From Planctomycetota bacterium (GTDB lineage: Bacteria > Planctomycetota > Phycisphaerae > WQYP01), in contig JAKAEZ010000005.1 in assembly GCA_021819825.1 (NCBI GenBank), positions 6,542 to 70,541 of the forward strand: a stretch of 64,000 bases of DNA. Reading direction: 5' to 3'. The notes beneath the pieces are model-generated. The model worked only from the letters and a program-made list of their open reading frames with translations. It was not told the DNA's origin and did no database searches. Positions 53,104 to 63,748 of this stretch are shown in pieces. Positions within the stretch are counted from its first letter, which is position 1. Each line of letters opens with the position of its first letter. A program made the translations under genes and the position numbers.

Positions 53104-54390
53104 TCAGGCCAAATTGCGAATCAGGGCATCGGCAAACTCACTGCATTTGACTTCCCTGGCTCCCGCCATGAGCCGGGCAAAGTCGTAGGTTACGACCTTA
53201 TCGCCGATGGTGCGTTCAAGGCTTCTGACAATATTATCGGCCGCTTCCTGCCAACCCAGATGCTCCAGCATCATCACGCCGGAAAGTATCACGCTGCCGG
53301 GATTCACCTTATCTTGATTCGCATATTTCGGAGCCGTGCCATGGGTGGCTTCAAAAACCGCATGGCCGGTATGATAATTGATATTCCCGCCCGGTGCGAT
53401 ACCGATCCCGCCGACCTGTGCCGCCAGCGCGTCACTTAAGTAATCACCATTAAGATTCAATGTGGCAATAACATCAAATTCTTCAGGGCGCGTAAGCACC
53501 TGCTGAAGTGTAATGTCCGCAATGGAGTCTTTAATAACAATACCATTGGGCAACTTGCACCAGGGGCCTCCATCGATTTCAACAGCACCATATTTTTCCT
53601 TGGCCAGTTGATATCCCCAGTCACGGAAGGCCCCTTCCGTGTACTTCATAATGTTGCCTTTATGAACCAGTGTGACACTTTTACGCTTATGGGCAATGGC
53701 ATAATCTATCGCCGCCCCGATCAGCCGCTGGGATCCCTCTTTGCTGACGGGTTTGATTCCCACGCCGGATGTGGCCGGAAAACGGACTTTCTTAAATGTT
53801 TGTGGAAATTCAGCTTCAATGAATTTCAAAACCTTTTGCGCTTCCGGCGAGCCGGCGGCCCATTCGATCCCGGCATAAATATCTTCAGTGTTTTCGCGAT
53901 AAATCACCATATTAACCGCTTCCGGGCGCTTCACCGGACTGGGCACACCGCTAAAATAGCGCACGGGTCGCACGCATACGTATAAGTCCAACTGTTGCCG
54001 CAACGCGACATTCAAAGAACGTATTCCGCCGCCCACCGGCGTGGTCAAAGGTCCTTTAATGCCTACCAGAAATTTGCGAAACGCATTAACAGTATCATCG
54101 GGAAGCCACGCTTTGGCGTCGCCAACCGGTTCGCCGGTTTTGAATTTGAGGAACGATTTTTCCCCGGCATACACCTCCATCCAGGCAATTTTGCGTTTTC
54201 CCTTGTAGGATTTTTCCACCGCCGCATCAAAGACCCGCACCGATGCCCGCCAGATGTCCGGTCCGGTACCGTCCCCTTCAATGAACGGTAGAATGGGGTG
54301 ATCCGGAACATGGAGCTTTTTGTCCGATCCCATGGTAATGGGTTGTCCGTGTGCGGGAACCTGAACGCTGGTAAATTCACTGCTGCTCAT
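53104..54390 (-). CDS. icd: NADP-dependent isocitrate dehydrogenase
   Basis: ...[13 protein letters not shown]..., ...[15 protein letters not shown]..., ...[10 protein letters not shown]... Start set at ATG 54390. Confidence 0.95.
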   Translation of the reverse strand: MSSSEFTSVQVPAHGQPITMGSDKKLHVPDHPILPFIEGDGTGPDIWRASVRVFDAAVEKSYKGKRKIAWMEVYAGEKSFLKFKTGEPVGDAKAWLPDDTVNAFRKFLVGIKGPLTTPVGGGIRSLNVALRQQLDLYVCVRPVRYFSGVPSPVKRPEAVNMVIYRENTEDIYAGIEWAAGSPEAQKVLKFIEAEFPQTFKKVRFPATSGVGIKPVSKEGSQRLIGAAIDYAIAHKRKSVTLVHKGNIMKYTEGAFRDWGYQLAKEKYGAVEIDGGPWCKLPNGIVIKDSIADITLQQVLTRPEEFDVIATLNLNGDYLSDALAAQVGGIGIAPGGNINYHTGHAVFEATHGTAPKYANQDKVNPGSVILSGVMMLEHLGWQEAADNIVRSLERTIGDKVVTYDFARLMAGAREVKCSEFADALIRNLA

Positions 54391-54575
54391 GATTAGAAAG
54401 ACCTTCCAAAAAAATAGCCAAGCCATCATACTTCCGGGCGGTAGCTTAAAATACCAGGCCGGACTTAACAAGTTCCGTAGAGAATAACCGATTCGCGCCT
54501 GGCATTAAAGCAGTTGCCAAACCTCTCTTGCAGCGGTGCCGACCCCTGTGTTGGCTCGATCAAGCTGAACGGGGA

Positions 54576-55922
54576 TTACAACGGTGCGGCGATGATGGCA
54601 TCCAGGTCCGCGATGCGCGTGTCCAGATCGGCTCGCAAATTTACAATAGTTTGCTGGATTGCCAGCAACTCATCTTGGGCTCTAATCTGGCGGTCTATAC
54701 CGCCGTTACCCTGCTGAAAATCGGCGCGAGCCAGAGAGACTAAGATATTCAGTCGCGGCAGGATGGTATTTTGAAAAATGCTGATCTGGCGATCATCATT
54801 GTGCATGGCAATGATATCCACGAGCAGTTGCGTTGCCAGAGAAACGTGGGTGCTGCGCCAGGCGGCCTGCGTGGCTCTAAGCTGATCGCCGGCCTGTGCG
54901 ATTGCGGCATTGATAGCCTTATAGCGTAACACGGGAACAACCAGGGCACCGGAAAAACTCTGCGCTGTGCCATCCAAACTGCTGGAAAGGCCAATATCAA
55001 AATTGGGAATGTACTGCTGCTTAGCTCGGCGGATGTCAAAACGGTTGGCGGATACATCACGTGCCAGACCGCGCAATTGCGGATTGCGTTGGGCCGCCAG
55101 GAGCCAGAGCTGTTGCGCGTTCAAATGCGGCGCAGATAGAACCGCAATGGCCGACGGCGGAGAGAGCGGCTGTGCCGCAGGACGCCCAAGGACGGCATTG
55201 AGCTTCGCCAAGTCACGGGGCAGTTGGTGCTGAAGATTGATAATTTTCGCATCCATTTCATCCACAACATTCTGGTCGGCCAGCCACTGACCGGCACGCT
55301 TGCCGCCGGGGCTAATGCCAGAGCGGCTTAGTGCGGCACTGGTGGCCAGAAGCTGCCGCTGGCGTCGATTCAATCGCAAGAGTACCGCAGTTCGGCCATA
55401 CCGATACCAGGCCGCCAGCACAGCGCGGCGCACCGCAAAGATCGCGGCCCGATAATGCAAGCCCGCCGCCCGCGCTGCTTCCAGGGCCGCTCGTGCTTGT
55501 GTGGTAAGTTTAGAAGGCCAGCGAATATCGCTACCGGTCATATTGCCGGCACCCAAAATCGTATTGGCCAGCGAGGCCTGGCCATTTTGCAAACTCGTAC
55601 CGGCATTGAGCATTAACGTCGTGGCCTGGGTACCAGCTTGGGGAATCTGTTCAATGGCCGCCCGCCAGTTCCAATAAGCCTTTTCCACGTCCGGATTGTT
55701 CAGTATTGCGTAGCGGACCAACTGCGGGGATTTGGCGTTCAGCGGCAGCGGAGGAATATGGCGCTGGGCATACGGTTTCGCGTAGGGTATTCCCGCTTTG
55801 ACAGCCGCCCGGCGCAAAGCATTTTCCCCTTTCGGCGTAACGGTACAACCGGACAAAAATACAGCGGCTCCCAGCATCAGTACGACCGCGAGCTTTGACC
55901 GTAATGGGCGATTCAGTTTCAT
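54576..55922 (-). CDS. TolC-like outer-membrane efflux lipoprotein
   Basis: Lipobox VFLSGC. Two-repeat alpha-helical/beta pattern. Last gene of the RND operon (4-nt overlap with the pump gene). Confidence 0.8.
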   Translation of the reverse strand: MKLNRPLRSKLAVVLMLGAAVFLSGCTVTPKGENALRRAAVKAGIPYAKPYAQRHIPPLPLNAKSPQLVRYAILNNPDVEKAYWNWRAAIEQIPQAGTQATTLMLNAGTSLQNGQASLANTILGAGNMTGSDIRWPSKLTTQARAALEAARAAGLHYRAAIFAVRRAVLAAWYRYGRTAVLLRLNRRQRQLLATSAALSRSGISPGGKRAGQWLADQNVVDEMDAKIINLQHQLPRDLAKLNAVLGRPAAQPLSPPSAIAVLSAPHLNAQQLWLLAAQRNPQLRGLARDVSANRFDIRRAKQQYIPNFDIGLSSSLDGTAQSFSGALVVPVLRYKAINAAIAQAGDQLRATQAAWRSTHVSLATQLLVDIIAMHNDDRQISIFQNTILPRLNILVSLARADFQQGNGGIDRQIRAQDELLAIQQTIVNLRADLDTRIADLDAIIAAPL

Positions 55923-58900
55923 GCGGTGCCTCCTTCGTCAGGGGTAGGACTGCCGACCTTGGGCTGTTGGCTGGCGAAATGCCCCTTGAGGTTCCAAGCC
56001 ATCACGATGTAATACAGCGCGGGCAGCACCAGCAGTTCCAAAATAAACGCGCTGCCTAACCCGCCAATCATGGGTGCAGCCAGCCGTCGCATGACCGTTG
56101 CCCCAGCACCGTGGACCCACAAGAGCGGCGTAAGACCGATCAGGGCGGCGCATACCGTCATCGTCTGGGGCCGAATGCGGCGAACCGCGCCGTTGTGCAC
56201 CGCGTTAAATAGATCACGCTTGTTGCGCAATAATCCGGCCTGTTTCGCCTGCGCAAAGCTGACATCCAGATAAAGCAACAGCACCAAGCCCATTTCCGCA
56301 CAAAGCCCGGACAACGCAATAATACCAACCCATACCGCTACGGACATGTGATAGTGCAAAAAATACAAGGCCCAGATGGCCCCCACCAAGCCAAAGGGTA
56401 CCGACAACAGCACGCCCAGCACTCGGCCCACACTCCCGGTGGCTACAAACAGCAGAATAAATATCGTCAGCAGTACCATCGGCACGGCGAGTTTCAACCG
56501 GGCGTTGGCCTGCTGAATCTGCTTGTACAGGCCAATCCACTGATACGTATAACCCGCCGGCAGCGTTACGTGCGAGCGAATCGCCGCGTTGGCTCGGCGC
56601 ACATAACCCACCGTATTACTGCCCGTGGTGGTGATGTTGATATAATTGACGGTCATCGCATCCTGCGTATCAATTTCCGGCGGCCCGGAACTGTAGTGAA
56701 TATCAGCCAGCATTCCCAGCGTAATAAATGTTCCATTGGTAGCGGCGATGGGCAATTGTTTAAGCTCGGAAATACTGCCGCGAAGATTGCGGAAATAGCG
56801 GACATTAATGGGCAGGCGCTTCAGGCCCCGCACCATGGTACTAATTGGCTCACCGCCGATGGCCATGGTAATAATGCGTTGTACGGCAGCTTGCGTAAGA
56901 CCATATCGGGCGGCAACCAGCCGATTGACACGAATATCCAGGTAGTACCCGCCAAGGGTCTGGTTAGCGATGGCACTGCCGGTGCCGTGGACACGTTGTA
57001 GCGTCTGCGCAATGGAGCTTGACACTTTGCCCAGCACGCCAAGGTCCGAACCGAACACTCGAATGCCCAACAGTGTTTTGCTGCCGGTGTTGGCCATGTT
57101 GACCCGATTAGCGATGGGCATGGTCCAATAAGCAGCAAATCCCGGTATCTTCAGCGCCTGATTCATCCCTTCATGATGCTTACCGGCAGCATCCGTCCAG
57201 CCATTCATCACTTGGCTTAGCGTCACCGGTGCCCGATCGGGCCAAAACGTATGCTTGCATGGCCATTGCAACCAATGCGGCCAGGAATGATAGAAGCGGG
57301 AAATATTTATTTCCGGCCAACGTGCGCGGCGCTTCAGGCGGATAATCGTATCAATCATATTCAGGGGTGCGGAATCGGTGGCCGTATCGGCCCGGCCAAT
57401 CTGGCCCCACACACTTTTGACTTCCGGAAAACTTTTGATGATTTTGTCACTCTGTTGCAACACCATTTTGGCGGCCCCGACGCTGATGCCGGGATAGGTT
57501 GTGGGCATATATTCCATGTCGCCTTCATACAGTGGTGGGGTAAATTCGGTTCCCAGTCGGCCAAACGGCCAGATTACCGAAACGCACAAGACCGCTGCCA
57601 CGAGGATCAGCGGCCATCGCAAAAACATGGCTGCCCGGAAAATGGGATCAAAAATATGCTGCAGCAACGTAGCGATAAAATTACGTTCCTCATGGATAAT
57701 ATTCTGCGGCAATACCAGCAACGCGGCGAGAATCATCCAGCCGCCGCAAATCCACCAGCGGTAACGTGCCAGCAAGCCTCCATCATGGCCCATAACCCAA
57801 TACAATCCGATGGCCGGGCCGAAAATAATCGCAACGGCCAAAGGCAGCCAGATCCACCATGCCCAGGTTTTGGGAAAGAATCGGGGCGTAATAAAATAGA
57901 TCATCAGTACCGGCACAAGGGTAATCGACAGCAGCGAAGCCGAGGCAATAGCAAAGGTTTTCGTCAGAGCCAACGGGCTGAACATCTTGCCGCTTTCGCC
58001 GGGCAGAACAAAAATCGGCAGAAAACTGACCGTAATAATCAGAAGACTGAAAAACAGACTGGGACCGACTTCCGACGCGGCAGTCAGAATTAACTCCGTA
58101 CGAGGCGTGGGCGGATGGCCGGCCTGTGCGCGAAGCTCATCGCGGTTGAAATGCTGATGGGCGTTTTCCACCATCACGATCGCCGAATCCACCACCACAC
58201 CGATCGCAATGGCGATGCCGCTTAAACTCATAATGTTGGCGCTGATCTTAAGCCAATATAAAATTGCCAGGCTGATTATCATGCTCGATGGAATGACCGT
58301 AATAGCCACCAGAGCGCTGCGGCCATGCAATAGAAATAATAGGCAGATCAAGGCCACGACAATCATTTCTTCGGTGAGCGTATCGGACAGGGTGTTGATG
58401 GACCGATTGATAAGATTGACGCGATCATAGCCGGTTTTGAACATGACGCCCGGAGGTAAACTGGCGGCCAGAGCGGCGATCTTCTTTTTGACAGCTGTGA
58501 CCACGCGAAATGTATCGGCTCCGTATCGGACCACCACGATGCCGCCGACCGTTTCTCCCTGGCCATTCCAATCCAGAATTCCCTGGCGTTGCGCACCGGC
58601 TTTCTGGACCGTTGCCACATCGCTTAGCAGAATCGGTGTGCCGTTGATGGCCCGCCCCACCGGCACGGATCGCAGTTGTGCAAGGTTCTTAAGGTATCCG
58701 CGGCTGCGGACAATATATTCAAATTCACTGCGATCAATGACTGCTCCTCCGACCTCATTATTAGATTGTTGCACATCGCGGATCACCTGGTTGACACCCA
58801 GATGGTAGGCCACCAACTGGTTGGGATTCAATACGACCTGGTATTCCGTGGTAAAGCCGCCTATTCCGGCAACTTCTGAAACTCCGGGCACGGCTTCCAA

Positions 58901-59563
58901 CTGATAGCGCACGAACCAATCCTGCAATGAGCGCAGTTGGCCCAGATTCATATTGCTGGAAAGCAGCGGCTGATGTGACAAAGGCGATGTGCCACGCTTG
59001 TCAAATGCCCGGACCAGCACCAGCCGGGCTTGTACTGCAGTTGGTGCCGCACCGCGATGAGCGTACCATTTGTGCGCGGAGGGATCATGCCAGATTCCAC
59101 CGGGATGATTCTTGCAATACCACCCCGGAAACAAAATATATTGATAAGCCCAGCCGGCTCCGGTGGCGTCCGGGCCAAGCTGCGGATTCACGCCGGCGGG
59201 AAGCAGGGCTTTGGCGTAGCTTAAATATTCCAGCACGCGGCTGCGAGCCCAGTACAAATTGGTGCCATTTTTGAACACGACTGTAATTAGAGAATATTCA
59301 AACATGCTCTGGCCGCGGACGGCTTTCACATCCGGCACATGGATTAACTGCGCTTCCAGCGGATAGGTTACCTGCTTTTCCACCACGCCCGGCGATTGGC
59401 CGGGATAGTTTGTCAAAACCAGCACTTGCACATCGGAAAGATCAGGTACCGCGTCAAGCTTACTGTGAAACGCCGCCCACGTGGCCACTGCCATAGCCAT
59501 GGCGAAAAGCAGCAGCACCAGCACGCGGTTCTTAATGGATAGTTCAATAATTTTTCGAATCAT
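55919..59563 (-). CDS. Heavy-metal-type (CusA/CzcA-family) RND efflux pump
   Basis: 1214 aa, 12-TM RND architecture. N-terminus MIRKIIELSIKNRVLVLL... is typical of the HME family. It carries extra periplasmic insertions relative to the ~1040-aa norm. Confidence 0.85.
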   Translation of the reverse strand: MIRKIIELSIKNRVLVLLLFAMAMAVATWAAFHSKLDAVPDLSDVQVLVLTNYPGQSPGVVEKQVTYPLEAQLIHVPDVKAVRGQSMFEYSLITVVFKNGTNLYWARSRVLEYLSYAKALLPAGVNPQLGPDATGAGWAYQYILFPGWYCKNHPGGIWHDPSAHKWYAHRGAAPTAVQARLVLVRAFDKRGTSPLSHQPLLSSNMNLGQLRSLQDWFVRYQLEAVPGVSEVAGIGGFTTEYQVVLNPNQLVAYHLGVNQVIRDVQQSNNEVGGAVIDRSEFEYIVRSRGYLKNLAQLRSVPVGRAINGTPILLSDVATVQKAGAQRQGILDWNGQGETVGGIVVVRYGADTFRVVTAVKKKIAALAASLPPGVMFKTGYDRVNLINRSINTLSDTLTEEMIVVALICLLFLLHGRSALVAITVIPSSMIISLAILYWLKISANIMSLSGIAIAIGVVVDSAIVMVENAHQHFNRDELRAQAGHPPTPRTELILTAASEVGPSLFFSLLIITVSFLPIFVLPGESGKMFSPLALTKTFAIASASLLSITLVPVLMIYFITPRFFPKTWAWWIWLPLAVAIIFGPAIGLYWVMGHDGGLLARYRWWICGGWMILAALLVLPQNIIHEERNFIATLLQHIFDPIFRAAMFLRWPLILVAAVLCVSVIWPFGRLGTEFTPPLYEGDMEYMPTTYPGISVGAAKMVLQQSDKIIKSFPEVKSVWGQIGRADTATDSAPLNMIDTIIRLKRRARWPEINISRFYHSWPHWLQWPCKHTFWPDRAPVTLSQVMNGWTDAAGKHHEGMNQALKIPGFAAYWTMPIANRVNMANTGSKTLLGIRVFGSDLGVLGKVSSSIAQTLQRVHGTGSAIANQTLGGYYLDIRVNRLVAARYGLTQAAVQRIITMAIGGEPISTMVRGLKRLPINVRYFRNLRGSISELKQLPIAATNGTFITLGMLADIHYSSGPPEIDTQDAMTVNYINITTTGSNTVGYVRRANAAIRSHVTLPAGYTYQWIGLYKQIQQANARLKLAVPMVLLTIFILLFVATGSVGRVLGVLLSVPFGLVGAIWALYFLHYHMSVAVWVGIIALSGLCAEMGLVLLLYLDVSFAQAKQAGLLRNKRDLFNAVHNGAVRRIRPQTMTVCAALIGLTPLLWVHGAGATVMRRLAAPMIGGLGSAFILELLVLPALYYIVMAWNLKGHFASQQPKVGSPTPDEGGTA

Positions 59564-59581
59564 GGATGGGGCCAGTCTGTT

Positions 59582-61078
59582 TTATTGGGACAGGGCAGAG
59601 TTGGGCTTTGTCACCGGCATTTTCATTCCCTTGGGCATGGCGGCGGGTTTTGCCGCTCCGTCCGTCGAGCCGCCAGGCGGGCCTTCCCCCGCGTCCGGGG
59701 TAGTCGGCGTAGATTTGTTGGGCGATGTCGCGGCCGCAGTTGTTGGCACCTTGGGCATAAAACGGGATTTAATTTCATTGAGTTGCGATTCGACATCAAT
59801 CATGAACTGCCCGCTGGTGACTACCTTTTGCCCCGGTCCAACGCCGGAGAGCACTTGCAGAACATGTCGCATGCCGATGCCACCAGACAGCCCCGTGCGC
59901 ACCGGCACCGGATCGAAGTGCCCATGAGATATCTCCACAAAAGTGACTTCACCGGTACCGGAGTTAATGACCGCACGACGTGGTATCAGGATCGCGTGCT
60001 TGAATGGCGTGGTATGGATATCGGCCAGGGCATACATTCCCGGTCGTAATTCATTTCGGGCGTTGGGCAGTTCAATGCGAACGGCTGTGGTGTGATTCCG
60101 CGGGTTCTCAAACGCATCAATAAAAATAATTTTCCCATCAAACGTATGGCCGGGAAATGCGGCGATCCGGGCCGCGACGTGCTGCCCCATGTGAATCCAT
60201 GGCAACTGATTTTCATAGACATACGCATCAAGCCACAGGGTCGAGAGTGTGTCAACGCGCATGGCGGTTGTGCCCGCGGTGATTTGTGATTTCTGATGGA
60301 CCTTGATATCCGTAAGAACTCCGTCCGTGGGGCTGTAGAACGTTACATATTCCACGGGCTTTAAGGTGCGCGCAATTTTTTTTATCTGCGGCCATCCGAC
60401 CGCCAGATAATACAACCGCAATTCCACGGACTGCACCAGTTCACGCGTATCGCGAATGGCCGAGTGGTTCGCGATTTTCCGCGCTGCCGCCAACGCTTTC
60501 TGGGCTGCGATCAATTCCTCTTCCGCCGCCAAGATCGCCGGGCTGTAAAGCGTAAAGAGTCTGGCCCCCTTTTTTACGGTTGTACCATTGGTTGTCGCAA
60601 ACAACTTGCCAATCCAGCCGCTGGCGCGAATGGTGATGCTGTAGCGGCCCGGTGCAGGCGTACGCAGATAACCTACAACACGCACAGGGTGAACCAACGT
60701 GCCAAGTGTAACCGGCGCGGTCTGTATCCCCATATCCTGTACCATCGCCGGATCAACCGTCACTTCACCGGGCGTTCCGGCACCGGAGCTTGGCGCATAA
60801 ACTGGTATCAGCGCCATACCCATGGAACTGATGCCCGGCTTGGGAGAAATTGATGACGGCCCCACCATCGGGTCCCAGTAATATAGAATTTTTCGTTTGG
60901 GGCTGGTTTTAACCGCCATGGCGTTTCCTGCTGGTACCGCGTGCGGTCCGGTAGTAGATAGTGTGCCACCCGATCCTGCGAACTTGTTCCCGGAACCCGA
61001 TGCCAAAATTAATCCGGCCACCAATCCGCCAACCGCAGCCACGATGACCAGCCCTGAAATAAAGATTATGCGTCTCAT
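59582..61078 (-). CDS. RND periplasmic adaptor (CusB-like membrane fusion protein)
   Basis: YYWDPMVGPSSISPKPGISSMGMALIPVY is the N-terminal metal-binding-type motif seen in CusB-like adaptors. It is followed by barrel-sandwich/hairpin regions. Confidence 0.8.
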   Translation of the reverse strand: MRRIIFISGLVIVAAVGGLVAGLILASGSGNKFAGSGGTLSTTGPHAVPAGNAMAVKTSPKRKILYYWDPMVGPSSISPKPGISSMGMALIPVYAPSSGAGTPGEVTVDPAMVQDMGIQTAPVTLGTLVHPVRVVGYLRTPAPGRYSITIRASGWIGKLFATTNGTTVKKGARLFTLYSPAILAAEEELIAAQKALAAARKIANHSAIRDTRELVQSVELRLYYLAVGWPQIKKIARTLKPVEYVTFYSPTDGVLTDIKVHQKSQITAGTTAMRVDTLSTLWLDAYVYENQLPWIHMGQHVAARIAAFPGHTFDGKIIFIDAFENPRNHTTAVRIELPNARNELRPGMYALADIHTTPFKHAILIPRRAVINSGTGEVTFVEISHGHFDPVPVRTGLSGGIGMRHVLQVLSGVGPGQKVVTSGQFMIDVESQLNEIKSRFMPKVPTTAAATSPNKSTPTTPDAGEGPPGGSTDGAAKPAAMPKGMKMPVTKPNSALSQ

Positions 61079-61447
61079 AAAATTTTATCCTGACAACCCT
61101 TACGCCTGCATCAACGATTCCTCCGTTGACAATCAAGCGACATAGCCGAAGATTCGCCTGCCGCCAGCCCAAACACAAGGCCGTTGGCGTACAAACGCCG
61201 TCGCTGCACAATCAACGCGAAGTGGTCGCTAAAAAGTTCCCAGAGGTGAATCATAAATATTTGGAATTTTCAAATGGACTTCACATGACCGACTGGAGAA
61301 TATTGGGAATAGAGGACATGCTGGTATAATCACCATCAAGTTGCGTCGATGCGCTGTGGCCGGCAATTTTGAGGGCATGTGGAAGAAATTGACGCTATGG
61401 TCAAATGGATTTCCGCGGTCCCGGCGGCATCATGAACAGGAGCAGCT

Positions 61448-62059
61448 TTGAATTCGGATACGGCCCAGGACATCCCGGCGCAAAAACTGACGGAAAGTGA
61501 ACTGGCGGAAAAATTCTATCAATTGATCTGGCCGGAACGGGCCAATATTCTCCGATTTGCCATGTTTCTCACCCACCGCACCTGTGATGCGGAAGATCTG
61601 ACACAGGAGACGCTGCTGAAAGCATGGCGGGCGCTGGATCGCTTCCAGACACGAAATCACAACATCAAAGCTTGGCTTCTGACCATCCTGCGCAACTGCT
61701 GGACGGATTCCTTCCGACGCACGCGCCACGAACGCAACCAAGTGGCCTTGGAAACCCTTCCCCAGGAGCCTCCGGAACCGCAACAGAGCGCGCAGCCCGA
61801 GGAAGACCAACGGTGCGACGTGGAAGCGATTCTAAACTCATTTTCCGATCAGCGAATGATTGATGCTCTGCGGACACTGGGAGAGGATTATCGCTGGGCT
61901 ATTTTGCTGGTGGATGTTTCTGCCTTGAGTTATGACGAGGCGGCTGCTGCCATGGGCGTACCGGTAGGCACCGTTCGCTCCCGGCTGTTCAGGGGCAGGC
62001 GGATGGTGCGGGATTTTCTGATCAGCGGGAACTTTTCCACGGCCAAAGGCGTTGAGTAA
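61448..62059 (+). CDS. ECF-type sigma-70 factor
   Basis: Region 2 (...DAEDLTQETLLKAWRALDRF...) and region 4 (...LSYDEAAAAMGVPVGTVRSRLFRGR). TTG start. Confidence 0.85.
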   Translation: MNSDTAQDIPAQKLTESELAEKFYQLIWPERANILRFAMFLTHRTCDAEDLTQETLLKAWRALDRFQTRNHNIKAWLLTILRNCWTDSFRRTRHERNQVALETLPQEPPEPQQSAQPEEDQRCDVEAILNSFSDQRMIDALRTLGEDYRWAILLVDVSALSYDEAAAAMGVPVGTVRSRLFRGRRMVRDFLISGNFSTAKGVE

Positions 62060-62124
62060 TTAAGCGGTCCGCAGGTCCAGGAACAGCCCGCGGACAGGCA
62101 AAAAACGGACAGGAGCTGCCGATT

Positions 62125-62790
62125 ATGGATAACGATATGACACAACATGATGAATCCGACGCGGTACAACGGGCGATCTCCACACGCTTGGCACGATTGA
62201 ATACGATCCCGGTGGATACCAGTCGGCTGGATCAACTGTTGCGCGATCAGATTCCTATGCCTCGGAAACATCGCCCGTTTCTGGTATTCGGTTGGCTGGC
62301 CGGCGCAGGGGCAGCGGCTTGCGCCGCACTTATTATTGCCGCGGCGTTGCTGTTTACCGGACCGCCGCGACTATCAGCTGCGGAACTCGCGGGCGTATAC
62401 CAGAACCTCGCGGCCCAGCCCGGCATCAAGCAGACCGGCTCGCAAGCCAATTCTCCCGTCCAGATGGCACCGGGGATGGTCTGTATGTTGAAGTCCGGGC
62501 AGATCGCGTCGTGTTGTCGGCAGACGGTGGGAAAATATCGTCTGGCATGTGTTGCCGTAAAATCTCCATCCCGTGCGAGCGTGGTGATGGTGGCCGGCAA
62601 TGCCGGTAAAGTAAACTGTCCACAGGGGCAAGCAGTCACCATCGCGGGCCATTCATATTCGCTGGTTGTTTCCGGTCATATCAATATGCTTATGCGCCGG
62701 GTCGGTAAGCGCTGGTACTGTGCCATGGGATCTGAAAAACCCGGTTCATTGGCACAGTATCTGGGGCAGATTGCTCCGACGAAACGGTAA
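62125..62790 (+). CDS. Putative single-pass anti-sigma factor
   Basis: Located immediately downstream of the ECF sigma gene. It has a cytoplasmic N-terminus, one TM (FLVFGWLAGAGAAACAALIIAAALLF) and a Cys-containing periplasmic domain. Confidence 0.5.
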   Translation: MDNDMTQHDESDAVQRAISTRLARLNTIPVDTSRLDQLLRDQIPMPRKHRPFLVFGWLAGAGAAACAALIIAAALLFTGPPRLSAAELAGVYQNLAAQPGIKQTGSQANSPVQMAPGMVCMLKSGQIASCCRQTVGKYRLACVAVKSPSRASVVMVAGNAGKVNCPQGQAVTIAGHSYSLVVSGHINMLMRRVGKRWYCAMGSEKPGSLAQYLGQIAPTKR

Positions 62791-62843
62791 GCCCAGGAGC
62801 CTGTCCCAGTAATGGCCGGGATTGCGATTACTCGGACAGGCTC

Positions 62844-63569
62844 CTATCGGACAGGCGGAATTGAGGCCTCTGTCAAAACGTTCGTATTTGAGGCATGGCT
62901 CGGCAATAAATCGGCATAGTATCGACCATCGCGTACAACCACCTGTCCTGTTTGCACATCCAATGGCTGCGAAAAAATCGGACCGGCATAAACAAAGGTA
63001 TGAAACTCCCCATTTTCCCCGCAGGGATCAATGTCGGCAGGCAAATCAGAAAGTAATTGATTATCAAAGCTCCGCCCCCCAAACCCCGGCCCAACCTTGT
63101 CTTCAACACAGGAAAGATACCCTTTAAAACCCAGAGCAATTATCTCTCGGGCCAAAACCGAGGTAGGACGTTTCCAGAGCGGAAATATCGCCTGCATACC
63201 AATGGTAGCCAGATTTTTCTCCCGCCAGGCCCGAAGATCCTCCAAAAATAAATCGCCAAAGCCCACGGTTTCAACGCCCCGGCGTTTATAGCGGCCCATG
63301 GCGTCACCCATGATCTGTTCGTAAACTGCGTTGGTGCAGGGATGGGAATTTTGGGAGGGCAAATAGATTTTATCCAATGGAATGCCAATCGCCTGGGCCT
63401 GCAACTCCAGCAATTCCTCGCGCACGCCATGGTGACTGATACGTTTGAATTCTTCGGAGACTGTGGTCAGCAACGCCACCACTTCGTAATCCGCGCGGCG
63501 GGACAGCTCATAAAGCGCCATCGCACAATCTTTTCCCCCGCTCCAGGATAGGACCACCGGTATTTTCAT
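62844..63569 (-). CDS. PP-loop ATP pyrophosphatase, Dph6-related (DUF71/MJ0570 family)
   Basis: MKIPVVLSWSGGKDCAMAL is an SGGKD PP-loop. ~240 aa. Confidence 0.75.
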   Translation of the reverse strand: MKIPVVLSWSGGKDCAMALYELSRRADYEVVALLTTVSEEFKRISHHGVREELLELQAQAIGIPLDKIYLPSQNSHPCTNAVYEQIMGDAMGRYKRRGVETVGFGDLFLEDLRAWREKNLATIGMQAIFPLWKRPTSVLAREIIALGFKGYLSCVEDKVGPGFGGRSFDNQLLSDLPADIDPCGENGEFHTFVYAGPIFSQPLDVQTGQVVVRDGRYYADLLPSHASNTNVLTEASIPPVR

Positions 63570-63748
63570 TCCACCAACTCCGTAAGAAATGTAGGGACAA
63601 CCGTCTGATGCTGCGTACCCGTCCGGGATGTTCGCACATTATTCTTCATGGCTCGAACCGCTCGCATTTTTCCCCGCTCGCTGCGATTCCCCACCACGTT
63701 ACCCAGCGTGGAAATAACCGTCAAGCCGTCTTTTTTTGTCGATGATAA

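Noticed and set aside
56348-58093. + strand ORFs 56348-57001 (217 aa) and 57251-58093 (280 aa)
   Set aside because: They are antisense to the 1214-aa RND pump gene and show low-complexity, basic composition.
63570-63748. Possible riboswitch or tRNA-like sequence (GGTTCGAGCC) upstream of the PP-loop ATPase gene
   Set aside because: No cloverleaf can be drawn, because the T-arm and acceptor do not pair. I could find no riboswitch consensus core (TPP, SAM, FMN, cobalamin, preQ1, ZTP or guanidine).
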